Of a DNA stretch of 64,000 nt, positions 1 through 11,538 are shown piece by piece (position 1 is the first letter of the stretch; each line of letters starts with the position of its first letter). The translations under genes were made by a program, and so were the position numbers. The notes beneath the pieces are model-generated. The model had not been told where the DNA came from and searched no databases. It saw nothing but the letters and a program-made list of their open reading frames with translations. This DNA comes from Lama glama (Eukaryota): contig CM052817.1 of NCBI GenBank assembly GCA_028534125.1, positions 48,362,001 through 48,426,000 on the forward strand. The letters run 5' to 3'.

Positions 1-200
1 CTAAATGCTTTATATATACTACACTTTAAAACTGCGCAACTTTCTATGTAGGTAGTATTACATCTAGCACTCTTACAAAGAAATTAACAAGTATTACTTG
101 CCCAAGATTATAATCACTTGCCTAAAGTTAGACAATAAGTGGCAGGGCTAGGATTTGAAGCCAGATGTCTGTCTTATGAGCCTGTGTTCTTAATCAGTAT
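1..200. mobile_element. MIR SINE (representative; others at about 9600, 10270, 19110, 26770, 31700, 41200, 57260, 61100 and 63400-63940)
   Basis: acttgcccaag...ggatttgaagccag MIR core motifs. Confidence 0.65.
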
Positions 201-3200
201 TGCCTCTGTGATGTTAAACCACTAAAGATAAATTCTTACTTAACAACTGGCTGATGTAAACATAATAGGATACAATGTCTGGGTATGTTTTAACTACACC
301 AGAACCTTCTACACGAAGTAGTGCATTCAAAGTAACCATACCAAGAGGTTATATGTTCAGTTTAGAGTCTGCCATCAGTCAAAAACACTTGAATTAGTAA
401 AAAAAAATATGAATTTCCCTCACATATATTTCATAAGCTGAACAAAAAAAATGGATCTAAGTGCCTATTGTTACCTTTTTTTATGGCCAAAAGCAGCTCT
501 TTTCAACTTTTACTACCCATTTTGTTCTTAAGAATTGTCACTAAATGATTTACTGTCATTAAAAAAAATAAAAAACTATATCCAGTCAGGCACAAAAAAA
601 GAACTTGACTCAACATTGGAAAAATATATGACTCAGACTCTAAACTCGGGTCCAAGGGTACACATGTTTTGAATAATGGCAGAATCTTTGGAATAAGTAT
701 AGTCTTTCAAGATAACCATTCTGAAGAGGGCAATATTCAATTGCCTGTTTAAGGTCAATCTGTTAAAAGTTAGTTAACAGGTTTCATTCACTTACTAATC
801 TAGCAACCATTTCTTGTCAACCACCAACACAACAGTAACTTACAGCCATACTGTCCACGCTATCCCCAAGCCAGTGGTTTAACAGCTAGTATTTTAAGCA
901 CAGTATAACATACCAAAGTCGTGTTGCTGAGCCAAGAGAAGCATAAATTGTTTCATAACATTAGCCAATTTCCTAATTTACTCTTCTAACATAAAGGGAG
1001 TCCACTCCAGCTGACAGTAACAGCAAGAACAAAACAGTAGCTTTAGGAGATGCTTCACCTTTGACTGAATATTATTAGTTTAAACAAAGGATAACAGTAA
1101 CAACAGTGCACACACACACACGTATATCACCAAAACACCAGCATCACCACCACCATTGTGAAGTGACGTCAAGTGACATGAAAAGGTGATATGTTTCGGA
1201 AGATGCGTCAATCGAAGAACAGGTTTCACCTACCTCTGTTACTGAATCACTTTTTAGATCACGGTTTTGTTAAGTAAAACTTTCTTCTTGGAAAAATAAT
1301 CATCTGAGCTCCATGTAGTTTCATAGAGTAGTAATAATAACTGTAAGTTTCTTTGTATACATAATTGCTAAGTAAATGGCAAACAGTTTTGCAAAATAGC
1401 TAATACAAAGTCTAAAGAGTGAACATTAGAAAATTAAATTTCCTGGCAACCTGTTAGGCATAATTATCTAACCGAGTACCATCCCATAAAAAACCCCAAC
1501 GATTGGTATTATTCAATCTAATACTTAGTGAAGCAGCTGGGAGTTGTGTACCAGACTTTCTTTAAGTAAGAGAATTCTAAAAACACTGCCTTTTTGATTG
1601 CCTATATTTAATCCAACAGCTCATTTTCTTCTTCCCCCCACATCTGTATACATACAATCTCACTCAATAAAGTTTTTATTAATCTATTAATGCTTTTGCT
1701 CTGGCAGTGCAAAAGACCTCTCATCAGCTCTTATCCTTCTTAGCCACTCACCATCAAGATAATGATGCCTGGATTATAGCCAGAGCAAAGCAGAGAACCA
1801 AGTATATAATGACCTCATGTGGCAAAGGACTACAACTACTGATTTAAGTATGAAATCATCATGGACTTGAACTACTTTCATTATTAGATTTTTATTTTCA
1901 AATTGCTACTTTAAATGGGGATTAAATACTGCCCAGTTAGGGAAGAAGAGAAAAATGACCTTAGATATAAAGAGCAGAGGTAAAAATGAAACAAACTAAA
2001 ACAAAATGAACCCCCTCACTAGAAAGTCGTAATATTTGGGTTCTTGTTTCAGCTTTAATTTTTTGTGGAATCTTGAGAAATCCCTTAGGTTCTCACATCA
2101 GTAAAATGGTAATAAATTCTGTCTACAACAGACTCCAAGGTTAAAATAGTTATGAAAGGATTTTAATATCTAGTATTTATGTGTACTTTTATTCTATTTA
2201 TGGTACTTACTATTCTATATCTAAAACGTTTTTAAGCTCATTATAAAACTATACCAAAAACTAAAATACTGTTACCTACTCTGACTTCTAATTATCACCT
2301 TTTATTCTAGTGCAATGGATACTGATTGGTATAGTACTTATTTTATTCCACACCTAGAACTAAAATTAAACAAATTCAAAGAGTAGCCATATTGCTAGTA
2401 ATCTTTTTTGAGGATAGTCTTAATTCTTAAAAGAAACACTTTATCAATTCAAAATCTGCCAAACCAGAACTTGGTGTTAATATTTTGTGAAATCTTTGAA
2501 CCAAATCCAAATCTTCAATGATAGAAAATATTCTGAGAATATCAATATCATACTAAGAATTTATACCTCATTAAACATACAATTACAGAGCTGTAGTCAC
2601 AATAATCGTTAAAAAGCTAGGGGAAAGGGAGTAGGTAAAACTGAATCAGATTCAAATTATATACCTATCCCTCAATTAATGTCTTTTATTCCTGAAAGCA
2701 CTGTCACTAAGTAAAAAGCTTTAAATAAAATTTTTCCATTCATTTTAATAGGGCACATTATATTATACTCTAGGATACAAAAAAAGTACCAACTGAATAA
2801 TAGAAGTTTATAAGTAACACACAAGATAGACTGTGCATAAAATATATTCTAAACAAGGTTTATTGTACTTGCCCAGGAAGAAAACTTGATAGTTGGTGAT
2901 GGTGGGGTGAAATAAAGAAATCATTCTTTGGAAGGTAAATTCTGCTTTCTGCACCATTTCCCCCCACCAATTTTCCATCCTTTTGGGAACTAATGCGTTC
3001 AAACTCTACTTAAAATTAAGTTATAACACACGAAAACACCTTTAGGCAACTTTAGAACACATGAAAATGGCATCTGCACATAACAGACCAGAGTCCTAGA
3101 AGATTTAACCTTTTCATCCTCTCATTTGACATACTTAATCAAAGCAAAATAGCAGGATACACAATTCAAATGTCTTCAAAATGATAATCTCTGTGTAGGA

Positions 3201-3689
3201 AGTGTCAAGTAAATTATTGTTTTTGTCTGAGATGACAATGTTTAAATATCGTTCTTGGTTGCAAACTTGTTTAGTGTATTTTGAAGTGGGAAGAGCCTTT
3301 ATATCCAAGGAGAAAAACAGGTGATTGTCTGGAAAATGATATAATCATTTAAGAGATATTATGATAGAAAGTTATTAACTGAACAGCTCTTACAAGTGAA
3401 GACTGTATTTAAACATTTTTGGCATTACTAATCTCAGTACTAATACATTTTATAATTAATGACAACATTCCAAGGAACTGCACAGAATAAGGAAAAAAAT
3501 GAATTATATCAAATGTGCCTTCATTTTCAATATTCAACTATCTAACTGAAGATGAGAAAAAATGACTTTATTATACAAATAAATTATTTAAAGAAAAATC
3601 TTATTAGGATAGCTTCAGAAAGCACCCAAAATATTATTAAACCTAAGTAGCTCATGCTTCTAGGAAATGCAAAATTACTCAACTTTAAG

Positions 3690-5220
3690 ACTTAATATGG
3701 AGCTACAGTAATCAAGACTGTGGCACTGGCAAAAGAATAGACAAATAGATCAATAAAACAAAATAGAGAGCCTAGAAATAGACCCACATAATTATAGTCA
3801 ACTGATCTCCAACAAAGAAGCAAAGGCAATTCAATTAAGCAAAGATAGTCTTTCAACAAATGGTGCTGGAACAACTGGATCTCTTTGTGCAAAAAAAATG
3901 AATCCAGATGCAATCCTTACATCCTTCATAAAAATTAACTAAAAATGGATCATAAATCTAAACATAAAACACATAATTGTAAAACTCCTAGAGGATAACA
4001 GGAGAAAACCTAGATGACCTTAGGTATGTAATGTTTTAGATACAACACAAGCTATGATCCATGAAAGAAATAACTGATAAGCTCGATGTTATTATAATTT
4101 AAACATCTGCTTTACAAAAGACAGTATCAAGAGAATATGACAACCACAGATAGAAAAAATATTTGCAAAGACACATTTAATAAAGGACTAGTACCCAAAA
4201 CGTACAAAGAACTCTTAAGATTCAGTATTAAGAAAATGAACCCAATTGAAAAACAGGCAAGAGACCTTAATGGATACCTCACTAAAGAAGATACACAGAT
4301 GGCAAGTAAGCGTAGGAAAATATAGTTAACATCATATGTCTTTAGGGAATTACAAATTCAAAGAAGATACAACCACATACCTATTAGAACGGCTAAAATC
4401 CAGACCACTGACAACAAATGCTGGTAAGGATGTGGAGCAACAGGAACTCTTATTGGCAGAAAGGCAAAATGATACAACCACTTTGGTAGACAATTTGGCA
4501 ATTTCTCAGAAACCTAAACATACTCTTAACATATGATCCAGCATTTCCGCTCCTTAGTAGTTATACAAATGAACTGAAAACTTATATCCATACAAAAACC
4601 TGTACACAGTTGTTTATAGTAGCTTTATTCATAATTGCCAAAACTTGGAAGCAACCAAGATGTCCCTCAGTAGGTAAATGGATAAACTGTGGTATAACCA
4701 GACAACAGAATATTCTTTCAGTGCTAAAGAGACATGATTACCAAGCCACGAAGACATGGAGGAAATTAAATGCAAGTTGCTAAGTAAAAGAAGCCACTGA
4801 AAGAGCTCCCTACTGAATGATTCCAACTCTATGACATCCTTGGAAAAGAGAAACTATGGAGACAATAAAAAGATTAGTGATTGGCAGAGATTAGGGGGAA
4901 GGGAGGGATGAACAGAACACAGAGGATTTTCAGGGCAGTTAAACTATAATGGTGGTGACATGTCATTATTCATTTCTCAAAACCCATAGAAGATACAACA
5001 CTGAGTAAATCCTAATGCAAACTATGGACTTTGAGTGATAATGATGTGTCAATATATGTTCACTGAATACAACGAATGTACCACTCTGGTCAGGGATGCT
5101 GATCATTGGAGGAGGCTGTGCAAGTGCTGGGGCTGAAAGTACATGGGAATTCTGTACTTTCCACTCAGCTTTGTTGTGAACCTAAAATTTCTATGAAAAA
5201 AAAAAAAAGCCCTATTAAAA
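3690..5220 (+). mobile_element. L1 3' portion (ORF2 end plus 3' UTR, L1MC-like)
   Basis: Degenerate ORF2 C-terminal sequence (acagtaatcaagactgtggcactggc; aacaaatggtgctggaacaactgg) followed by an L1M-type 3' UTR and A-tail. Confidence 0.85.
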
Positions 5221-5777
5221 ATAAGTTCTGTAGTTTAATTAATAGCAGTGTACCAAAGTCAATTTCCTAGACATGATAATATACCATAGTTAAGTAAAAT
5301 GTTATCATGGGGGTACACAGAAACTCTAATAATTTTGTAACTTTTTGTGAGTCTAAAATTATTTCCAAAAAAAAATTTTTTTTAAATAATAACATTTTTC
5401 AAATGAGGAAGGCTATTACCTACCAGGATTTGTAAAACCCTTAAGAAACTTTTCTAGCATTTTTCTGGAGATAATGAGATTTACACCTTTATGTGAAAAA
5501 CACTTTGGGACTCCTTGTCCTTTAAAATATCACAGACCTAATTTACCAAGACCTAGGGGCTTGGTAAACAGTGCTCTAAGTTTTGGGCATAGAAGATGAG
5601 AAAACTCTGAATGAGGGTATAAGCCTTGTACAACTAATTACCTTTTAGAAGAGTAAACTATAAAAAGTAGAACATATACTTTGATGCGAGATGATCTGAT
5701 ATGGGAGACAGGATCCAAAAGATAATGCGCACCACCTGGCTCAATACCTTTATGCCCAAAATAAAAGTGGTATAGCT

Positions 5778-5783
5778 TTTATT
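5778..5783 (-). terminator. Candidate DCK polyadenylation signal AATAAA
   Basis: TTTATT on the plus strand about 2.1 kb downstream of the stop codon. Confidence 0.55.
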
Positions 5784-7521
5784 TTGAGTTATGACAAATA
5801 ATACATTTTTTAGCTTTTCAATTCTACAGATTTAAAAAGTCATTAAGCTAACCATTTTTAAAGTTTATAGAAAAATCTCTGAAATATGTCTCCACTTAAA
5901 ATAAAACCAATGTCAATTTATATAAACCATTGTCAACATTTTTATAGTCATAATTTTCTTCAAAAGTAGAATAAATTTTATTTCTAAAAAAGATACAATC
6001 ATTTCAATGAGTGTAGCTCCATTAGAGTTCATATGATTTATACTTATTTATTAAGCAAATATTTAATTTAGCAAACAAACCCATATATGTCAAACAAAAA
6101 CAAACCCATACAATATCATGAGACAATTCAAATATTCATGGCAATTACAGATTTGAAACCAAGTCTCTCTCTCAAAGATGAGTGCATCTAGACTGTGTAA
6201 TTCAATAAATCATCATCTTTGAATGTTAAGAAATCAAAAACAAAAGATGACATTTTAAAAAGGAAAATTATAGTTTCAAAGTAAAAGTAACTCTTCCTCT
6301 CATTTCAAAACCATAGAATTTTTCTAAAATGTCAAGCAGAAAGGTTAAATACAAACACACTGCACATTTTTACTAAATAAAGTTGAAAAAAATCTATACT
6401 TACATACCTAAATCTATATATACATACTTGAAATGAATCCACACATTTTTAAAAATTACAACTATTATACCCCTTGTCTTCTTTATTAACATGTGTATTC
6501 TCTAATATATAATCAACAAAAAATGATTTTGCTTTCAAGATGTGTAACATAAAGCAAGATCATTTTTATCAGTAATTTCTCTTAGAAGGGGAAAACTGAT
6601 GGTATAACACAACAGAGAAGCAAGCAAACTATGAACTGAAGAGTGATTATGATGTTTTCGAAGTAGAAATGTGTGACTTTTACTTACTTGTAAATAAAAC
6701 TTTAAAATAGCAGGTTGCCTAACTACTCCAGACAGTCGGGAAAGTAGGATAAGGCAGGAAGCAGGAGTTAGTTCTAACTAAACAGACTCAATTGCTAAGA
6801 AGATACTGTCTTCAGTTTCCCTTTTGACTTCTTACCAAGTGTAAAGGTGAAGAAAGACTACTTATTCCCAGTAGAGGGTCAATAAAGAATAACACGGAAA
6901 AACTAATCCCTCACTATTTCCTATTAACATTTTGCCTATAAAAATGGGAAGAAATTCAGGGAAAACTATACTTCCACCTCAAATGATTTAAAGGCAATCA
7001 TAGCTTAAATCAACCTTTTAAATACTGTTTCCAAAAGAATGGTCTGAGAAGGGAAAAAGCAAGTAGCTAAGTTCCAAAGAAACTGAATCTCTATGCTCAT
7101 GTAATAATCTTCAGTTATCTTTTAAGTATAGAAACATTTCTACTTTAACCCTCCAAAATCCCATGCAAAAAGATGAAGTCTCACCCACACCACAGATGTA
7201 GAAACAAAGGCAGGAAAAAGATTAAATGACTTATAAGTGATGCCATTAAAAACTGGGAACAAAGTCTAACCTCCTCTACAAATATGTTATATTAATAACT
7301 ATCAATGAAGTGATTAAATACTAAACGTGGTCTTATCTTCCACATAAACTACAGTGGAAGGGAAGGCACCTGATCAAAAGTATTTAAAATAAAACTTCAT
7401 AATCCTTTTTCTAAGGATTCCTTAAATTCCACTTTTCAATTTTTAATAGGTGTACTAATTTACACAGGACACATTACCATTTACTATGTAACATTAAAGT
7501 CTGCAATTAAGAAACTGGTCA

Positions 7522-7718
7522 GCGAGACCAGAAGCACCAGGAATAAAACGTCAACCCGCTGAGGAGGAGAACAGAGGGGAAAGACAGAAGGCGGCTGGGT
7601 CTTTCATAATGTTGCTTAGCTACTATAGTGATTCTGGAACCATTTACCTCCAGACTTCCTGTTGTAAAGAATAATTAAATGTCTTTGTTTTTTCAAACCC
7701 GCAAAAAAGAAAAAAAAA
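7522..7718 (+). mobile_element. Retroposed poly(A)-tailed fragment with MLT1-like 3' end, in the DCK 3' UTR
   Basis: Flanked by AAGAAACTGGTCA (7509-7521) and AAGAAATTGGTTA (7719-7731); A-tail at 7703-7720. Confidence 0.7.
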
Positions 7719-7891
7719 AAGAAATTGGTTATAAAGTTTTGTATTGAAGTCATCAAAAAAAATTTTTCTTTTTTAACAAAAACAGTTAAAAACTTGGGTT
7801 TTCTAGAGAGAGCTGTGTAAATACGGAGCTATGAAGATACACAAAGCTGAAGTATCTGGAATCATTTGGCTGCCTGTAGTCTTCAGCAAGA

Positions 7892-7918
7892 TCACAAAGT
7901 GCTCAAAAATTCTTTTAC
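7892..7918 (-). CDS. DCK: DCK coding exon 7 (27 nt including TGA)
   Basis: CAG acceptor after a pyrimidine tract; VKEFLSTL-stop. The seven exons sum to 783 nt = 260 aa plus stop. Confidence 0.97.
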   Translation of the reverse strand, partial: VKEFLSTL

Positions 7919-8428
7919 CTGAGGAGAGGAAAAAATGTTAATTTAATTCATTGGCTAATTTGAGATATCTAATATTCATCTTCTTTTAAAAGTATCTAAC
8001 AGCTGAAGAATCACACTTTTATAAGTTAACTCTATCACAAAGCCAGAGCATTTACTTTCAAAGGAAATATTAACAAATATTTCAATAGTAAAAGATGACT
8101 AACCTAAAATGCCACTACAGGAGTTATTAAATTTACATCTAAGATTGATACAGTTCTAAACAGCCATAACACTAATTTTGTTATCTCTTTATATTAGAGG
8201 CCACAGACATGTACAGCTTTAGCATTGATAACATTAATATCTGCAATGAGTTAAATAACTCCAAAGGTCCTGATTATGTATGTAATCTATATAATAGATT
8301 TATAATTTTTCTGAAGCACAGATCTGAATCATATATACATGTTGTAATATTAATGTGTGAGGAAAGGTCATAAGCAGTGAATGAACTTAGCCAACTGATC
8401 AACATCACAAAACAAGATACTATTGTCA

Positions 8429-8595
8429 GGGGAGTGGTATGGTATAGCTCAGTGGTATGGTATAGCTTGGGTAGAGCATGCCCAAGGTCCTGGGTTCAAT
8501 CCCCAGTACCTCCATTAAAGCAAGTAAGTAAATAAGTAAGTAAGTAAGTAAGTAAATAAATAAATAAATAACTTAATTACCTAGCCCCTGCAAAA
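8429..8595 (+). mobile_element. tRNA-derived SINE (camelid vic-1-like) with a duplicated A-box segment
   Basis: GGTATAGCTCAGTGG A-box, GGTTCAATCCC B-box, (TAAG/TAAA)n tail, then ttaattacc and an A-run. Confidence 0.85.
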
Positions 8596-9848
8596 GATAC
8601 ACTATTCTCTACATATTCTAGACTACACAGTAATTCTCCTGAATAGACAAAGATTATTGCCTTGTAAAAATACCTGAAAAAGAAGGCCAACTTTTAGCAT
8701 TATTAATGAAAGTAAAAATAAATAATAACATAAAATGATTATTAATCAAAACACAGAAGTGTTAGATAAAATTAAAAAGTGGTTTTACAGATTCATTCAG
8801 TTAAAATGATGGTTGGCTGTTAGTACTGCCATGGCTGACTTACTTTTTTAATTTATTTTAACAGTATCACAAGTGAATTCTATCCTATATTTTTATCATT
8901 AATTAGTATGAAGAAGTCACTTGAATTTTCCAGATATGCTTTTCTTTGTATCATGGGGAACATAATGATATGCTATAGTAGTTATCCATATGCTGAAATT
9001 TTCAAAATTCCTGATATCTATCCCTTATGAATGTTAAATATCTATTACAGTAAACAACAGATGTTTTGTGACAAGCAAAAAGAAAAATCAAGTTTCTCTC
9101 AAAACTGAACAAACAAAAAATGTGGCTTCTTCTTTAGAGCTTAGATCACTAAGTTAATTAACATGGATACAGGGACATTTGTTACACAATTCCCATTACT
9201 ATTGTCTCTCAGGTGTTCATCAGTAGGTTCCCTCTCAGCCCCTTTATCAATATGAGCATCTTTCACCCAACAGAATATAGTCAACTCCCAAATATCAAGA
9301 GGATAAATTAACTCTGATTAAGACAATGACTCAATGATTAGACAATGCCAATTCACCATCGAGAAGGTCCCCAATAAAACTCAAACCTAAAAGTCTTTAA
9401 TCTCAAGACTTAAGCTAAATATAAAAATGAATAAGATCTATATCCTATAATTTCAAACATCTTCTATACTGAATTTAGTAGAAAAAGATTAATTTCACAG
9501 TTTATTATTAAAATATCTAAAGATTGGTGGTATAGGGAAGAGGGGAAGAAAAGAGAACAAAGCAGAGAAGAGGGTGAGCAAGAACTTTTGTCAATGTGGT
9601 TAATTAACTCTGTGTTACAGATAAAGAAACTCAAGGATAAAGAAGTTCTTTATTTTAGGTAGTGTTACAAAGCTAGAATTTGAAGTTAGGATGAGAATCT
9701 AAACAGTCTAAATCCCTCTAAAGCTCTTAACTGTCTCTTACTGTAACTCTATGTAATCTTTTGTTATAAAATTGTTTTCTCACAAGTTAGAACACTTCTT
9801 TAGACAAGATAAAACAAATGTTATTTTATAGTCTTTGTATAAATCTAC

Positions 9849-9939
9849 CTTTTCAACCAGAATGTCATGTTTGTCTTTAAAGTCTTCATTAACATCCAGT
9901 GTTAAGATAGGCACTTCTTGTAGATAATCAAAGTTGGTT
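9849..9939 (-). CDS. DCK: DCK coding exon 6 (91 nt)
   Basis: TAG acceptor, GTAGA donor; TNFDYLQEVPILTLDVNEDFKDKHDILVEK. Confidence 0.98.
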
Positions 9940-10214
9940 CTATTTAAAGAGAGATGAACAAAATAATTAGAAAAGGCAGTAAATAAAAGAGAAACACTAA
10001 AAGTTTATTCTTATGTCATCATTAGAAAATCAAAATGTTATCAATCATTTTATATTAAAGTTATCCTGCAAGTACTTCATCTGGTAGTCACTTTTTTCTC
10101 ACCTACATTTACTATACATATCCAAAAACCTCAGGTATAAAATTATATAAAGCTAGGCACTGTGAAATGTAATTCTCCTTAAAGACCAAAATCATACCAT
10201 AAAGTAGGAATTTT

Positions 10215-10255
10215 GTTTAACATTTTTTATTGATTTATAGTCATTTTACAATGTT
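10215..10255 (-). mobile_element. 41-bp L1 3'-terminal micro-insertion
   Basis: Reverse complement matches the L1 tail at about 34910-34945; perfect 11-bp TSD GTAGGAATTTT at 10204-10214 and 10256-10266. Confidence 0.8.
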
Positions 10256-10447
10256 GTAGGAATTTTTTTTTTAAAGATGAGAAAACTGAATCTCAGGGAG
10301 GTCACTCTGAGGCTCACAAATTGCCTAAGGTTGCACATTAAAATGCGAGATGGATTTGAACTAAGATCTGATTAATGACAAAGTACGGTGATCTAAGAAA
10401 CAAATTTGAAATATCTTAAAATTCTCTATGAACAAGAGTAGAGGCAT

Positions 10448-10580
10448 GGGGGAGGGTATAGCTCAAGTGGTAGAGTGCATGCCTAGCATGTTCAAGATCC
10501 TGGATTCAATCCCCAGTGCCTCCTCTGAAATATAAATAAGTAATACCTAATACCTCCCCCATCAAAAAAGAAAAAAAAAA
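10448..10580 (+). mobile_element. tRNA-derived SINE (vic-1-like)
   Basis: A and B boxes, poly(A), perfect 14-bp TSD AAGAGTAGAGGCAT at 10434-10447 and 10581-10594. Confidence 0.92.
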
Positions 10581-10585
10581 AAGAG

Positions 10586-11030
10586 TAGAGGCATATCTAG
10601 GAGATACTGCAGATCTGGGTCCAGACCACTGCAATAAAGTGAATATCACAACAAAAGAAGTCACACAAATCAAAAGGTTTCCCAGTGAGCATAAAAGTTA
10701 CATTTACACTATAATGCAGCCTATTAAGTGTGCAATAGCATTATGTCTAAGAAAAAGTAGATACCTTAATTAAAAAATACTTTATTGCTAAAAAATGCTA
10801 ACCATCATCTGACCCTTTGGAAAGTTGTAATCTTTTTGCTGGCAGAGGGTTTGAAACATTGCAAGAATTTACAAAATGTGACACAGAAACACAGAATTAG
10901 CAAATGCTATTGGAAAAATGGTTCCGGGAGACTTGCTTGAACAGGGTTACCAAAAACCTTCCATCCGTAAAAAGTACAATATCCACAAAGTGCAATAAAG
11001 CAAAGTGCAATACAATGAGGTATGCTTGTA
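10586..11030 (-). mobile_element. Internally deleted Tigger1-family DNA transposon
   Basis: TA-flanked degenerate CAGGCATACCTC terminal inverted repeats; ends resemble the Tigger1 termini (ccagaccactgcaataaagtgaatatc; gcaatacaatgaggtatgcttgta). Confidence 0.85.
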
Positions 11031-11167
11031 CTTAAATAATGTATATAGATATATTTCCTACTTTATCACTTAATGTGAAATTCCATATATTATGTCGCAA
11101 ATATCACTGGGGGAGATCAGCTACAAAGACTTTAAGAAAATAAAAAGAATCAAAATCCACACCTAGT

Positions 11168-11290
11168 GGGGCGGGTATAGCTCAGTGGTAAAGTGCATGC
11201 TTGGCATGCACAAGGTCCTGGGTTCAATCCCCAGTACCTCCATTTAAATAAATAAATAAATACCTAATTACCTCCCCCGTGAAAAAAAAA
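11168..11290 (+). mobile_element. tRNA-derived SINE (vic-1-like)
   Basis: GGGTATAGCTCAGTGGTA, then GGTTCAATCCCCAGTACCTCC, (TAAA)n and an A-tail; partial TSD aaaatccac. Confidence 0.9.
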
Positions 11291-11422
11291 TCCACTTAAT
11301 TCTGGGAGATCCTACAAAACTAATAAATAACAATGGCTGAAAAGGAAAAACTGTACTTGTTTGGATTAATGTTTGATAAAGGTATTAAAAATGAAGAGTA
11401 AATAAGAATATGGAAACCTTAC

Positions 11423-11538
11423 TTTAGTGTTCTATGCAGGAGCCAGCTTTCATGCTTACAGTGAAGCTTCTGTAAGTATTCAAGTGGAATACCTTGTTCT
11501 TCACTTCTTCCCCGTAAATATATTCTATTCAAGCATTT
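11423..11538 (-). CDS. DCK: DCK coding exon 5 (116 nt)
   Basis: TAG acceptor, GTAAG donor; [39 protein letters not shown] (LID region RxxxRxR, Glu197). Confidence 0.98.

Larger units (their letters stand above)
5760..7891 (-). other. DCK: DCK 3' UTR (approximate extent)
   Basis: AT-rich sequence following the stop codon; minus-strand AATAAA at 5778-5783 and a proximal candidate at 6482-6487. The distal end is inferred. Confidence 0.65.

Noticed and set aside
8522..8570. (TAAG)n(TAAA)n array and other short duplications (13202-13237, about 39468-39510)
   Set aside because: SINE-tail microsatellite and local slippage; no repeat-spacer structure, so not CRISPR-like.
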